Source of the DNA: an uncultured Clostridia bacterium | GTDB taxonomy: Bacteria > Bacillota > Clostridia > TANB77 > CAG-508 | Assembly: GCA_963558395.1 (NCBI GenBank) | Contig: CAUWGE010000004.1 | Span: 3,446 to 67,445, forward strand | Length of the DNA stretch: 64,000 nucleotides | Reading direction: 5' to 3' | The notes under the pieces: generated by a model | What the model saw: the letters and a program-made list of their open reading frames with translations, nothing else | Told to the model about the DNA's origin: nothing | Databases searched by the model: none | Shown: in pieces, positions 48,820-60,715 of the stretch | Layout of the letters: every line of letters begins with the position of its first letter | How positions within the stretch are numbered: the first letter of the stretch is position 1 | Position numbers and translations under genes: made by a program

Positions 48820-50232
48820 ATGTCAAAGAATTTCTATGCAGAAAGAATCTTTCGGCACCAAAATGTAACAGGTTCATTTTTCCTTTACAAGGTTCATTTT
48901 CCGTCTGGAAAAGAAGTAGAATTTTTCTTCGAAGCAGGTGCAAAACAAGGGGAAAAAGATATTGGTGATTATAATGGATTTATTCCAGTAGAGGCTAGTA
49001 ATTTATCCTTTGTGATTATCTCTCACACCCACTTTGACCACATAGGGCTTCTTCCAGTACTCATAAGACAAGGTTTTAAAGGCCCAATATTTACAAGCTA
49101 TCCGGCCTCAAAACTTCTTGAAATCGGGCTTCAAGATTCTGCAAAAATTGTAGACAAAAACCTAGAAAGAACAATCGCGGTCCAAGAAGAAGTCGAACAG
49201 ACTCTGAGTCAAGTAGTGGGGGCACCTTACAAAAAGAAAATAAAACCACATAAGAATATTACGGTTACATTTTTCATGAATGGACATTTAATAGGAGCTG
49301 TTTTAACTCTTATTACAATTACCTATTCAAATGAAGAACCAATTTATATTGTTCATTCAGGAGATTACAAAAGCTCTAATATGTTCTTTAATGTGGAACA
49401 GCCTCAAGAAGCCATTCGGAACTTACCAATTTCTAATTTCGTCATAGAATCAACTTATGGCGATGTGGATTCTTCAAACATTAAATTTAAAAAGTGTTTG
49501 AAAAACAATACCCTTGAAGCTTTAAATAATGGTTTTACTGTTGTCTACCCTACTTTTTCTTTAGGAAGACATCAAGAGGCTCTTTATCTTATTAAGCTTT
49601 GGCAAAAGCAAGAACTAATTCCTGCTGATACCAAAATTATAGTAGATGGCAAAAGTGCTCAAGCATATAACTATTTAATCAAATTTTCGGATTTAGGAGT
49701 AAAACCTGGTATGAATAATTTTATGCCTCAAAATACTATTTCTATTCCGAGAAACTTTGAGAGAAAAGCTATACGTGCAAAAGTATTAAAAAGCTCTGCC
49801 CCCAAGATAATATTATCACCTGGCGGAATGGGGTCATATGGACCAATTACCTATTACATTCAAAACTTAGCCTTTCGTGATGATGTTTTAATTCATTCTT
49901 TGGGTTACAGTTCACCGGATTCTACGATGTATAAACTTTTAAAAGCAAAATATGGTGAAACTATTAAATACAATGGTTTAGATGTAACTGTAAAATGCCA
50001 GACTGCCCAAACTTGTGAGCTTTCTGCACATGACCCACGAGATAAGCTTTTAAAGCTCATTGAAAGTTTTCCTGAAACTCATTCTGTTTCTATAAATCAT
50101 GGGGATTTAGAAATCCAGAAGAGCTTTTGGCACTATTTAAATGACCATTTGCTCATTCCTTCTTCGCAAATAACTACTTCTAAGCAAAGTTCTATTCGTA
50201 TATTTGCAAAAGGAATTGAAATTCTTAACTAG
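48820..50232 (+). CDS. MBL-fold metallo-hydrolase of the beta-CASP type (RNase J/CPSF-like); compositionally atypical
   Basis: SHTHFDHIG (HxHxDH) and a distal LSAHDPRD (beta-CASP motif-B-like). Visibly GC-richer than its neighbours, with several in-frame CGG codons (ttt CGG cac; att CGG aac). Confidence 0.7.
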   Translation: MSKNFYAERIFRHQNVTGSFFLYKVHFPSGKEVEFFFEAGAKQGEKDIGDYNGFIPVEASNLSFVIISHTHFDHIGLLPVLIRQGFKGPIFTSYPASKLLEIGLQDSAKIVDKNLERTIAVQEEVEQTLSQVVGAPYKKKIKPHKNITVTFFMNGHLIGAVLTLITITYSNEEPIYIVHSGDYKSSNMFFNVEQPQEAIRNLPISNFVIESTYGDVDSSNIKFKKCLKNNTLEALNNGFTVVYPTFSLGRHQEALYLIKLWQKQELIPADTKIIVDGKSAQAYNYLIKFSDLGVKPGMNNFMPQNTISIPRNFERKAIRAKVLKSSAPKIILSPGGMGSYGPITYYIQNLAFRDDVLIHSLGYSSPDSTMYKLLKAKYGETIKYNGLDVTVKCQTAQTCELSAHDPRDKLLKLIESFPETHSVSINHGDLEIQKSFWHYLNDHLLIPSSQITTSKQSSIRIFAKGIEILN

Positions 50233-50246
50233 TTTTTTCACTAAAG

Positions 50247-50284
50247 AGGTTGGATGGACCCCAATGGGTCCTCCAACCTTTTAC
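50247..50284 (+). terminator. GC-rich intrinsic terminator
   Basis: AGGTTGGATGGACCC-CAAT-GGGTCCTCCAACCT followed by TTTT. Confidence 0.7.
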
Positions 50285-50368
50285 TTTTATAGAAATCGTC
50301 GCACGCGAACAATTATATGTGGATTAAGCTTTATATTTTATTAATCAGCCCTCTAATCCTTCTTTATT

Positions 50369-52342
50369 TTAAAATTTCTTTTTTAAGAAAACCAATAGTT
50401 CTATAAAAATTGCATGTGACCACGCCAAACCAATTACCCATTTTTCATTTAAGTCACTATTGGACTGTTCTGCTAAAAATCCATGTTCATTTGCACTTTG
50501 CACGATAAAGTTCATACATTCATTTGCTCTTTTTGTATCTCCCACAGAATTAAAATATAATCCCATCCAGCCTGTTGCATTTATCCAAGGGTTATTTCCT
50601 CCAATATATCCATCATTTTGATATCTTAAATATCCTCCTGAGTATGTTCTAAGAGTCATATTTAATTGTTCTATTGTATTTTCCACAACTTTTTCTTTAT
50701 GGTCAAATACTCTAAATGGGAATACTGAACCTAGTACACTTATATCTGCAAGTCCATCTTCTGTATTTCTTAACAAAATATTTTTTCTATCATCTACTAA
50801 ATTTTCAAGTATATATTTTTTTGTTTCTCTCTTATATTCCTCTAATTTTTTCTTAGCTGAAATAATTGAATCTTGTTTTAATCTGTTTTTATCATAAGAG
50901 TCATTTACTTCTTCGTAAATTTTTATCATTGAATCAAATGCACAGTAAATTGCTGATAAAGAATATAAATGTATTCCCTCTGTATTTTCCCATAGGTCAT
51001 ATGACGGATGTTTATATATTGCATCTCTATTTTTGTAGTCATAATCTTTTTCAAGTTCCATACGAACTACATCCTCTTTTTCTTCTTTCCCTGTTATATA
51101 ATCAATATACTTTTGTAAAAATTTAATAGAGGCTTCTAGCATCTTTAAATTATCTTTTAAAAATTTAGTATCTTTTTTTCCTTCTTTTTTTGACATTACT
51201 TCATAATGTCTATATGCACCATATACTACTATTGCAGTTTCGTCTATTTGATATCCCCAGCAAGGAGCAAGCCTTCCATCTGTGTAGAATCTTTGTTCCC
51301 ACATTCCATTTTTGCTTTGAGTCTTTTTTAAGAAATTTTCATAAAACTTCTTTGTCATTCCATCAAATCCAATAAAGTCCAAAGCTTTATATACAAGTAC
51401 TGCATCCCTTGGCCAGCAATAAGCATATCTTCCACTTTTATCTCTTTCCTCATCAACTTCCAAAGATGCACTTATACCACCTGTTTTTTCGTTTATTAAT
51501 AATGGCATAAGTAATATAGTTCTTTTATAAATTTTTATTATTTTATCAATATAATCCGAGCCATCTGATTTTAACTTAAGTGTATCATGGTCTGTAACAA
51601 ATTTTCGCCAATATTTTTCTACCTTTTCTATTTCTTTTTGTATATCCAGCCTGCGTACCTTATCTATCTCTTCTTCTACTTGTGCAATAGGAACTTCTCC
51701 ACTTGCAATATAGATATACATACAAAAAGTTTTACTTTCTCCAGGTTTTAATACTCCCAAATCATAGCTTATAGCTGAATCTGCACTCATTCCTATATAG
51801 TCTTTATCATATATTACTCCTGAATTTATCGTACTATTTACATTATTTAGTTGATGACTAAGTAATTTTTCTCTTGAAAATGTTGCACAAGTATAATTAT
51901 GACTATATTGCACTAATGCATCATTTGTAATTATTCCACCAGCTGTATTATTGTATGATGAAAATACTTTTGAATGCACCAAAAAGTTTAAATTCAAGTC
52001 AATATTATTTTCATTTTTAAAGACATATTTTTTTAGCAAAATTGTTTGATTTATCATTGCACAATCTGTTTGTTTAATTTTTAGTTTAAAATATGTATTT
52101 TCTATTTCAGTATTTAATACATTTGTATCTTCCTCATAATATTGATTATATTTATTATTAATATCATTATGTAGATAAATGATATTTGAATCATTTATTT
52201 TTATCCCTACATGGTAATAATCACAATATTGCATATAGTCTGGTGATGGATAATATATTCTAAGTAATTCTCCACACTTGCTATAACTTGCTATAACATC
52301 TTTATTTCCTATAAAAGCATCATTATAATATTTCTTTTTCAT
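50369..52342 (-). CDS. glycoside hydrolase family 15 (glucoamylase/glucodextranase-like)
   Basis: YCWPRDA, DLWENTEG and an (alpha/alpha)6-type C-terminal region. Confidence 0.7.
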   Translation of the reverse strand: MKKKYYNDAFIGNKDVIASYSKCGELLRIYYPSPDYMQYCDYYHVGIKINDSNIIYLHNDINNKYNQYYEEDTNVLNTEIENTYFKLKIKQTDCAMINQTILLKKYVFKNENNIDLNLNFLVHSKVFSSYNNTAGGIITNDALVQYSHNYTCATFSREKLLSHQLNNVNSTINSGVIYDKDYIGMSADSAISYDLGVLKPGESKTFCMYIYIASGEVPIAQVEEEIDKVRRLDIQKEIEKVEKYWRKFVTDHDTLKLKSDGSDYIDKIIKIYKRTILLMPLLINEKTGGISASLEVDEERDKSGRYAYCWPRDAVLVYKALDFIGFDGMTKKFYENFLKKTQSKNGMWEQRFYTDGRLAPCWGYQIDETAIVVYGAYRHYEVMSKKEGKKDTKFLKDNLKMLEASIKFLQKYIDYITGKEEKEDVVRMELEKDYDYKNRDAIYKHPSYDLWENTEGIHLYSLSAIYCAFDSMIKIYEEVNDSYDKNRLKQDSIISAKKKLEEYKRETKKYILENLVDDRKNILLRNTEDGLADISVLGSVFPFRVFDHKEKVVENTIEQLNMTLRTYSGGYLRYQNDGYIGGNNPWINATGWMGLYFNSVGDTKRANECMNFIVQSANEHGFLAEQSNSDLNEKWVIGLAWSHAIFIELLVFLKKKF

Positions 52343-52357
52343 TGGCTTCTTCTCCCC

Positions 52358-54013
52358 TTATTTATTTTTCATTATATCTATAATTTGTTTTCTTAAGTCA
52401 TTAACTCTATTGTTCAATTTTATCATATCCTCATCTGATGCTGCTGACATTCTTATATTATCTTTTAAACTATGTTTCATTTCCTCTATTTCGTCTTCTA
52501 AGGCTTGCATCTTTTCTATTATGTCTATTCTAGGTTGTTGTCTGCTTACTGTACTTATACAAGCTTGAACTTTATCTAGATTTTCATTTAATTCATATTT
52601 TTCTCCATACTTTGGAATTGTGACATTTATAAGTGCATTAGCTTCTATTTTGTCTTTTAATTCTTTTTGTGAAGGTGGCTCTCCGTGAACTAAAAAAATA
52701 TGTTTTGGTCTTTTTACTCTAAATGAATATACGAAATCCAAAAGTCCTTCTTGGTCTGCATGTCCAGAATATCCTTCAATATATTCAATTCTTGCTTTTA
52801 CCGCGAATTCTTCTCCTAAGATTTTAACCTTTTCATCTCCATCAACAATTCTTCTTCCAAGAGTTCCAGGTGCTTGATATCCCACAAATAGAATTGTACT
52901 ATTAGGGTTCCAAATATTGTGTTTCAAATGATGTTTTATTCTTCCCACGTCACACATTCCGCTTGCTGAAATTATAATACATGGCTCATTAGATTCGTTT
53001 AAAGCTTTTGATTCCTCAACACTTTTAGTAAATGTTAATCCTGGAAACTCTAGCGGATTATCTCCTCTTTTTATAAATTCTTGCACTTCTGGTTTAAACA
53101 AATTCATGTTTTTCTTAAATACTTCTGTTGCTGAAATTGCTAGTGGGCTATCTACATATACTTTTGCTTTCATAAGTTTTTCATATTCTTTTACAAACTT
53201 TTCATCATTTCTTTTTAAGTCTTTAATTTTATCTAATTCATATAATATTTCTTGTGTTCTTCCAACTGCAAATGATGGAATTACAACGGTTCCTCCATTA
53301 TCCAATGTTTCTGATACAATGTCTAAAAACATTGATGCTTTTTCTTCATTTTTCATATGAAGCCTATTTCCATAAGTGGATTCCATTATTAAATAATCTG
53401 CACTATCTATCATTGTAGGACTAGAAAGAAGTGGAATATCATTATTTCCCAAGTCTCCACTAAATACTACCTTTTTAGTCTCTCCATTTTCCGTAACCCA
53501 TACCTCTATTATGCTAGACCCTAGCATATGTCCTGCATCATTGAACCTAACTGATATTTCTGGACATATCTCTACAATTTCGTCATACATAACTGGATGA
53601 AATATTTTCATACAATCTACTGCATCTTGATAGGTGTATAATGGCTCTAATAATTTTTTTCCATTTCTTTTACGCTTCTTGTTCTTATTTTCATTTTCTG
53701 TTTCTTGAATATGTCCACTATCTGGTAGCATTATATTACATAAATCACAAGTTGCTTTTGTTGCATAAACAGGAGCTCTATATCCTTCTTTATATAGCTT
53801 TGGAATTCTTCCTGAGTGATCAATATGTGCATGTGTAAGAAGCATAAAGTCTATGCTAGATATATCATATTCAAATGGCTCATCATTCATAAGTTCTTCT
53901 TCATATTTTCCTTGGTAAAGACCACAATCCACTAAAAACTTTTTTCCAGCCGCTTCTACCAAATAGTTTGAACCAGTTACCATCTCTGTGGCACCTAAAA
54001 ATGTTATTTTCAT
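52358..54013 (-). CDS. MBL-fold beta-CASP ribonuclease-like protein with C-terminal coiled coil
   Basis: THAHIDHSG, beta-CASP region, and YSGHADQEGL (motif B). Confidence 0.75.
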   Translation of the reverse strand: MKITFLGATEMVTGSNYLVEAAGKKFLVDCGLYQGKYEEELMNDEPFEYDISSIDFMLLTHAHIDHSGRIPKLYKEGYRAPVYATKATCDLCNIMLPDSGHIQETENENKNKKRKRNGKKLLEPLYTYQDAVDCMKIFHPVMYDEIVEICPEISVRFNDAGHMLGSSIIEVWVTENGETKKVVFSGDLGNNDIPLLSSPTMIDSADYLIMESTYGNRLHMKNEEKASMFLDIVSETLDNGGTVVIPSFAVGRTQEILYELDKIKDLKRNDEKFVKEYEKLMKAKVYVDSPLAISATEVFKKNMNLFKPEVQEFIKRGDNPLEFPGLTFTKSVEESKALNESNEPCIIISASGMCDVGRIKHHLKHNIWNPNSTILFVGYQAPGTLGRRIVDGDEKVKILGEEFAVKARIEYIEGYSGHADQEGLLDFVYSFRVKRPKHIFLVHGEPPSQKELKDKIEANALINVTIPKYGEKYELNENLDKVQACISTVSRQQPRIDIIEKMQALEDEIEEMKHSLKDNIRMSAASDEDMIKLNNRVNDLRKQIIDIMKNK

Positions 54014-54089
54014 TTACTTCTTCCTTTCTATTTTTTCTTAAGTATTTTCCAATATTCTAAAAGTTATTTTTTTATTTGTCTAATAGTTC

Positions 54090-55562
54090 TTAAAAAATTT
54101 TTACTTTTTTTGTTTTTCTTAACTTTACATTGCTTCCCTCTGGAAGTAATACAAAATTAGTTGAATCTAATACTGTGTTATCATATATTTCTGATTTTAG
54201 TTTTCCATCTTCTACTCTTAACTTTATATATAAATCTTCCAAGTTTATTGTTCTTGTTTTGAAAATACTTTTAAGTAATTCATAATCTGTGTCAATATTA
54301 TTTGAAATTGGTGTTATTAATTCTAATTCAATTCCTAAATTTATTGATCTCTTTTCTAAACTTTCAAAATCTAATATATCTCCCATTTTATCTTTTTTAG
54401 TTATTGGAAGCAATTTCAAATATCTAATCTCATAAATGTAATCCTTTGCTGCCTCCTTTGTTAATATAGTTTTGTTTTCAAAATCTTTCAAAAATATTTT
54501 TTGCATACTTTCTATATTTGTATTATCTACAATATTATAATATTCTATTTCATCTTTTAACATTTCTTTTGTTTTTACATATTCAATTGGATTTTGCAAT
54601 TTATTACATTCTTCTAATTTTTCTAAGCATTCCTTCCTTTTCGATTGTAATAAGTCCTCATAATGACTCATGCTAAAAATCTTTTTTTCATTTGGAAGAA
54701 GTGCATTCTCTTTCAAATATTCGTCGCGTAGTTTTTCAGGATTATTTATTGTTTCATCAATATTTTTTAATTGTTCCAACAATTTCTTTTTTTCAGAAAA
54801 CAATTCTTCAATAAACTCTTTTTGATTGTCCATTTTTTTAAGCTTTGTAATATTTTCTTTTGTTTTTTCTTTTATCTCTTCTTCCTTACTTTTATCATAT
54901 TTCATATAAAATTTCAGTGCTACTTTGCTAATTTCCTCATATAATTCTTCACTTAATTCTAATTTCAATTTTTTTATATTTTTAGAATTTAGGTTATCTA
55001 TATAAGTTCTTCCTAACAAATAAGTTAGGTCAGTATAGATAGCATTACACTCTATGCTTTCTATATCTTTTACAGTACCATCCCACGAAAATCCGTTAAA
55101 ATCTCTTATAACTTCTGAATAGGCTATACATTTTCCAATATGTACAGCCTTAAGAATTGCTTTTTCTTCCAAACTTAATGTTAAACTTAATTTTTCTATA
55201 CCAGCTTTTATAATACTATATAAAACTACCTTTTCATTTGGAAATACTATAATTTTTTGCTCTTTATTATCTGATTCTTCTAGAATTTTACATCTTGATT
55301 CTTCTAATTCTTTTTCAAGTTCTGAATTAGGTCTTGCAATTTCTATATCTTTACAATAATTCTTAATAATATCTATAATATTTTCTAGAAAATCTTCTTT
55401 TGAAGGTACTTCCCTTTTAACTAAAGCATAGTCATTATATGCCACTTCTGCTTTATATAGCATACTTAATAAAAGGTTTTGTACCTCCTTATTAAACTTT
55501 TTTTCTTCTAAAATATTTTCTAATTCTTCATTAAAATCTCTTTTTAAGAGTTTTGCTTTCAC
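54090..55562 (-). CDS. hypothetical E/K-rich protein (490 aa)
   Basis: Long ORF 4 nt downstream of ftsK. No family recognised. Confidence 0.5.
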   Translation of the reverse strand: MKAKLLKRDFNEELENILEEKKFNKEVQNLLLSMLYKAEVAYNDYALVKREVPSKEDFLENIIDIIKNYCKDIEIARPNSELEKELEESRCKILEESDNKEQKIIVFPNEKVVLYSIIKAGIEKLSLTLSLEEKAILKAVHIGKCIAYSEVIRDFNGFSWDGTVKDIESIECNAIYTDLTYLLGRTYIDNLNSKNIKKLKLELSEELYEEISKVALKFYMKYDKSKEEEIKEKTKENITKLKKMDNQKEFIEELFSEKKKLLEQLKNIDETINNPEKLRDEYLKENALLPNEKKIFSMSHYEDLLQSKRKECLEKLEECNKLQNPIEYVKTKEMLKDEIEYYNIVDNTNIESMQKIFLKDFENKTILTKEAAKDYIYEIRYLKLLPITKKDKMGDILDFESLEKRSINLGIELELITPISNNIDTDYELLKSIFKTRTINLEDLYIKLRVEDGKLKSEIYDNTVLDSTNFVLLPEGSNVKLRKTKKVKIF

Positions 55563-55566
55563 GCAA

Positions 55567-57981
55567 TTATTCTCCTTCTTTTATGTCTTCTGTATTTTTA
55601 CTATTACCTAAATCTTCAGGTGCCATTTTTAGTTCTTGCCATCTTTCTTTTGACATTAAAACTTCTCTTGGCTTAGTTCCCTGAAAACCAGATATAATTC
55701 CCCTTTGTTCCATTTGGTCCATAATTCTTCCTGCTCTTGAATATCCAACCTTAAATCTTCTCTGAATAAATGATGTTGAAGCTTGTCCTGTTTCTATAAC
55801 CATTTCTATTACATCTTCTAGTAATTCATCAGTATCATCTTTATCATCATTTTGAGCCTCTGCTTTTTCTGGCTCTCCACTGCTTTCAATTGACTCTAAA
55901 ATATCTTCATCATATTCCGTTTCTCCGTCTTTCTTTAAAAACTTTACTATATTTTCAACTTCTTTATCAGATATAAATGCTCCTTGAACTCTTATTGGCT
56001 TTGGTGCACCTGATGGATAAAATAGCATATCACCTTTTCCTAGAAGCTTTTCTGCTCCTGCACCATCTAAGATTGTCCTTGAGTCTACTTGTGATGAAAC
56101 TGCAAATGCTATTCTTGATGGAATATTTGCCTTAATTATTCCTGTAATAACGTCAACTGATGGTCTTTGAGTAGCTATTACTAAATGCATTCCTGCTGCT
56201 CTTGCCATTTGTGCAAGTCTACAAATAGCATCTTCTACATCTTTTGCTGCAACCATCATTAAATCTGCAAGCTCATCTATTATTATTACTATTTGAGGTA
56301 ATTTAGGGCCTCCTTCTTTTTCTGCAAGCTCATTATACCCTTTCATATCTCTAACCTTTTTCTCTGCGAAAAGACTATACCTTTTTACCATTTCCTGCAC
56401 TGCCCAAGAAAGTGCACCTGCTGCCTTTTTGGGATCTGTAACAACAGGAATTAATAAATGTGGTATTCCATTATATATTGATAGTTCTACTACCTTTGGG
56501 TCAACCATTAAAAGTTTTACTTCACTTGGCTTTGCTTTATATATTATGCTTGTAATTAATGTATTTATACATACAGATTTTCCAGAGCCAGTACTTCCTG
56601 CAATTAAAACATGAGGCATCTTGGCAATGTCTGTTACAACAGTATCTCCTGCAACATCTTTTCCAAGTGCAAAAGCTACTTTTGATTTATTATCTATGAA
56701 TTCATCTGACTCTACAATGTCTCTAAGTGGCACCATGTTCTTTTCTTTATTTGGAACTTCTATTCCGACAGTATGTTTTCCTGGAATAGGTGCTTCTATT
56801 CTTATTGTTTCAGCTTCTAAACTAAGGGCTATATCATCAGAAAGATTAGCTATTTTACTTACTCTTACTCCTTCTGCTGGTGCTAATTCATAACGTGTTA
56901 TAGCTGGTCCTACTGAAACATTTTCTACTTTGGCATTTACTCCAAAGCTATATAATGTTCTTCTCAATTTTTCTGCTGTTGCTCTAAGAGCCTTTTCCTT
57001 ATTTTGATCTGAATTTCCTTTTATTTGAGAAAGTAATGTAATAGGTGGAAATTCGTAATGCTCATCCATCGTTGTCATTGCATGATCAAGTTTTAAAACT
57101 TCTTTAGTTTTTGTCTCTTTTTGCTCTTCCTCTTTTGAAAATAATTCGTCTGCTGTATATTTTGTTTCTTCTATATTCAAATTAGATTTTAAGGCTTTTG
57201 AACCTTTTTTAGAAAAAATAGATGTATCTAAATTATCATTTGAATGATCATATTTTTTAGGTTCATTTAAATGAATTGTTATTTGTTCCTCTAATTCCTC
57301 TTTAGGTGCAGATGCCTTTGCTTCTAATTTTTCTCTTATTCTTCTTTCTTTTCTCGTTTCTGTTTTTACTTCTACTTTCTGCTGAGATTCTCTTGCTATT
57401 TCTCTTTCTTTTCTTTTTCTAGCTCTATTATCTGCAAGTTTATCTATTGAATTTGCAATAACTTCTTCTGGATGAAGACCAAATATAAATACTACCATAA
57501 TTAGACTTACACCTATCGAAGCAATAACAGTTCCAAGTAGTCCTATAAATTCCACAAGTGGAATTGCTAAAGCGGTTCCAACAACTCCTCCTCCCATATC
57601 TTTTGTTCCTAGTGTGTATGCCTGTTTTAATGCTAATTCATTTCCTCCATCAATTGTAATGTTTCCTTTAGAAATTTGAAAACAACTAAAAACCACATCA
57701 ATTAAAAGTAATATTGCTAATAACATTACTATTTTGGGAATATAATATTTTGTATCTTTATCATATGCTATATATATTGTAAAAGCAAACAATCCTATTG
57801 GAATCAAATATTTTATATATCCCAATACTCCACCTAATGCTGGGCTTAATGTTTGTCCTAAATATCCTGATTTTGTATATATTAGTACTGCTAGTAATAT
57901 ACTAAGTACTAGTAAAATTGCTACTATTATGCTTAATTTTTTTTGCTCTTGTTTCTTCTTACTTTTTCTTCCCCTTGGCAT
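55567..57981 (-). CDS. ftsK: DNA translocase FtsK/SpoIIIE
   Basis: N-terminal TMs, Walker A GSTGSGKS, Walker [12 protein letters not shown], and a C-terminal gamma wHTH domain. Confidence 0.9.
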   Translation of the reverse strand: MPRGRKSKKKQEQKKLSIIVAILLVLSILLAVLIYTKSGYLGQTLSPALGGVLGYIKYLIPIGLFAFTIYIAYDKDTKYYIPKIVMLLAILLLIDVVFSCFQISKGNITIDGGNELALKQAYTLGTKDMGGGVVGTALAIPLVEFIGLLGTVIASIGVSLIMVVFIFGLHPEEVIANSIDKLADNRARKRKEREIARESQQKVEVKTETRKERRIREKLEAKASAPKEELEEQITIHLNEPKKYDHSNDNLDTSIFSKKGSKALKSNLNIEETKYTADELFSKEEEQKETKTKEVLKLDHAMTTMDEHYEFPPITLLSQIKGNSDQNKEKALRATAEKLRRTLYSFGVNAKVENVSVGPAITRYELAPAEGVRVSKIANLSDDIALSLEAETIRIEAPIPGKHTVGIEVPNKEKNMVPLRDIVESDEFIDNKSKVAFALGKDVAGDTVVTDIAKMPHVLIAGSTGSGKSVCINTLITSIIYKAKPSEVKLLMVDPKVVELSIYNGIPHLLIPVVTDPKKAAGALSWAVQEMVKRYSLFAEKKVRDMKGYNELAEKEGGPKLPQIVIIIDELADLMMVAAKDVEDAICRLAQMARAAGMHLVIATQRPSVDVITGIIKANIPSRIAFAVSSQVDSRTILDGAGAEKLLGKGDMLFYPSGAPKPIRVQGAFISDKEVENIVKFLKKDGETEYDEDILESIESSGEPEKAEAQNDDKDDTDELLEDVIEMVIETGQASTSFIQRRFKVGYSRAGRIMDQMEQRGIISGFQGTKPREVLMSKERWQELKMAPEDLGNSKNTEDIKEGE

Positions 57982-58099
57982 TAAATTAAAACCTCCGCTA
58001 TTTTTACTATTTCTTTTGCTATTTTATCATTAAGAAAAAAAAATCTCAACTCTTTATTAAAAAAAGTTAAGATTTTTGTACCTTTATTCATATATTTAA

Positions 58100-59743
58100 T
58101 TATCTTTCTATTAAATAATAATTAGCTTCAAAACCAATAGCATCACAGTCTAATATTAGCTTTTTATTTTTATAACCAATCTCTTCTATTAAATTGCAAA
58201 CCTTTTCCTCTTCTACATAATCTTTTATACAAATAACAAAACTATCTTCTATGTTTATTGTATTTAATAACTCTACTTGCTCTTCATTTAATATAAGAGA
58301 CTCTTTATATATTGCAAATTCTGGCATATTCTTAATATGGTTATATGTATTTAATCCCACATATATAAACTGTTTATCACTATATTCTTTTGCAAGTTCA
58401 ATATTTTTACTATAACCTTCATACAAATAACTTGGCTCATTTGTACTTATAGAATACGCTTGAAATCCTATAACTAATACAATTATTATTGTAAAAGACA
58501 TCTTTCTAATTTTTGCTTTTTTCAAGTTATCTTCTAATCCATTCACTATCTTAGCAAGCAAAAAAATTGATGCTATGCAAATTAGTGGAATCATTGGAAG
58601 AATGTATCTTTGTTCTTCATATGGTGCTGTTTTTGCAATTATTAAATAGTAAAAAATAACCGGAAATCCTAATATTAAATATTCATATATTCTCTTATTT
58701 TTTCTATTTTTTATTACATAATATATAAAATAGATTATTGCACATATTAAAATAACATATCCTACTACTTTTCCTATACTTAAATTTTTAAAAGTCTCCT
58801 CTATAAAAAAAGTAAGTCTTGAAAAATAATTGTCCTTAAGTCTTCCTATTCCTCTATACGAAAAAAATATATGATATATTGAAGCAGGAAATAGCACTAC
58901 TCCAAGTATTCCTAGTTTAATGTTCTCCCAAAGCCATTTTTTCTTAAGCTTTACTAATAATATAATAAAAATACTAAGTGCTACTAAACAAAAATAGTAT
59001 TGTGTCAAAAAGCCACAAATTGTAACTATTCCTAGCATAGTTTTATTTTTTTTAGTAAGCCCCTGTCTTGCAATCTTTATTGTAACATATACATATGCTA
59101 CAATAAAAAAGCTTAGCATCATGTACATTCTTTGGAACATCACGCAAGATATTGCCCCAATTCCACCATATAAAATTAGAGCTACTATTCCCCACTTTTC
59201 CTTGTTATATAGCTTAAATATTTTACAAATAAATATACAAGTTAGTATAAAAAATATTAAATTGATACTAAAAATAATATATTTAGAAAAATGTCCTAGA
59301 TAAATACTTGATACAAAATGAACAAGTATATAAAAAAGTGGCGGATGTACATCTCTTGCTTGATTATAAATTGTTGAAAAATAGTTGAATACATCCTCTT
59401 TTTCTATTGTCAAATATTCTTTTGCCTTTTCCCTTGATTTCCAAACTGGAGTAATATCATATAAGCTTGTCCTTAATTTATTAAATTCAATAGGATTTTT
59501 TAAATAGTAAAAAATATTAGCTAACCAGTTATCTTTTAAAATAAATCCATATACTGCTTTATTGGTAACATTCATATCTCCATACGGCTCATAAACATAG
59601 TCTAAAGCATAATTTGCTGAGCCATATGAAAATATTTCGTCTTCATTAAATCCTTCTTTTTTAGTTTCAAAAAATAGCATAATTGCTACTAAGCATACAA
59701 TAGTTAATATTTTTGCTATATTTATTAATTTAAATTTCTTCAT
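58100..59743 (-). CDS. polytopic GT-C-type glycosyltransferase (family 39/ArnT-like)
   Basis: About 11 TMs with an early DVHPPLFY loop motif and a C-terminal soluble domain. Confidence 0.5.
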   Translation of the reverse strand: MKKFKLINIAKILTIVCLVAIMLFFETKKEGFNEDEIFSYGSANYALDYVYEPYGDMNVTNKAVYGFILKDNWLANIFYYLKNPIEFNKLRTSLYDITPVWKSREKAKEYLTIEKEDVFNYFSTIYNQARDVHPPLFYILVHFVSSIYLGHFSKYIIFSINLIFFILTCIFICKIFKLYNKEKWGIVALILYGGIGAISCVMFQRMYMMLSFFIVAYVYVTIKIARQGLTKKNKTMLGIVTICGFLTQYYFCLVALSIFIILLVKLKKKWLWENIKLGILGVVLFPASIYHIFFSYRGIGRLKDNYFSRLTFFIEETFKNLSIGKVVGYVILICAIIYFIYYVIKNRKNKRIYEYLILGFPVIFYYLIIAKTAPYEEQRYILPMIPLICIASIFLLAKIVNGLEDNLKKAKIRKMSFTIIIVLVIGFQAYSISTNEPSYLYEGYSKNIELAKEYSDKQFIYVGLNTYNHIKNMPEFAIYKESLILNEEQVELLNTINIEDSFVICIKDYVEEEKVCNLIEEIGYKNKKLILDCDAIGFEANYYLIER

Positions 59744-59746
59744 TTG

Positions 59747-60580
59747 TTACATAACACCTAATAAAATCAAAACAATTATACCTAATACAATTCTATACCA
59801 ACCAAACACTTTAAAATCATGTTTCTTAATATAGTTCATTAAGAATTTTATTACAAAAATCGATACTAAGAATGCGACTATCATACCTATCAATAAAACG
59901 GCAAGTTCCATTCCTGTAAAACTCAAACCGAATTTTAAAATTTTAAGTAAACTTGCTCCAAACATAACAGGTATTGCTAAATAAAAAGTATATTCTGCTG
60001 CAACTGTTCTAGATATTCCTATTAAAAGTGCCCCAATTATAGTTGCACCTGAGCGTGATGTTCCTGGTAAAATTGCTGCAATTAGTTGAAATAGACCTAT
60101 TATTAAAGCATCTTTATAAGTTAAATCAGAAATTTCATTAACTCTTGATTTATCTCCTTTTTTTCTATTTTCAATAAGGATAAATGCAATTCCTACTACT
60201 ATTAACATTGTTGCAACAACCCATGAATTGTATAAATATTTATCTAATAAATCATCAAATAATATTCCTACTATTGCTGCTGGTATACAAGCTACCAATA
60301 TTTTTCCCCATAAGTTCAAAATATTTTTGTCCACCCCAAAACCTTCACTATGTTTTGTTTTTTGCTTTTTTATAGGCCAAATATTTTTGAAATATAGTAC
60401 TACTACTGCAAGTATTGCACCTAACTGAATAACCACTTCAAACATGTCAAAAAAACCTTCTGAAAGACCTTCAAATTTCAAAAAGTTCTCTGCTAAAATC
60501 AAATGTCCTGTACTACTTATTGGAAGCCATTCAGTTATGCCTTCAATTAGTCCATAAATTATACTGTAAAAAATATTCAT
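59747..60580 (-). CDS. uppP: undecaprenyl-diphosphate phosphatase
   Basis: EWLPISSTGHL and PGTSRSGATI motifs. Confidence 0.9.
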   Translation of the reverse strand: MNIFYSIIYGLIEGITEWLPISSTGHLILAENFLKFEGLSEGFFDMFEVVIQLGAILAVVVLYFKNIWPIKKQKTKHSEGFGVDKNILNLWGKILVACIPAAIVGILFDDLLDKYLYNSWVVATMLIVVGIAFILIENRKKGDKSRVNEISDLTYKDALIIGLFQLIAAILPGTSRSGATIIGALLIGISRTVAAEYTFYLAIPVMFGASLLKILKFGLSFTGMELAVLLIGMIVAFLVSIFVIKFLMNYIKKHDFKVFGWYRIVLGIIVLILLGVM

Positions 60581-60715
60581 TTTTACTAATATCCTCCTTT
60601 ATTTTTTATATTTTCTTAGTTTTAGCATATTAAGTATTCTAACATTTTACTATATATATTGTAAATATATTTTTTTAATGTTATAATTAATTTATATAGT
60701 TTTATGGAGGAATTT

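Noticed and set aside
45348-50232. CGG as a completely unassigned codon in this organism
   Set aside because: In-frame CGG codons occur in intact ORFs (45348..45779, 48820..50232, including att CGG aac) and in the DUF2207 tail. Only a context-dependent or efficiency effect remains conceivable.
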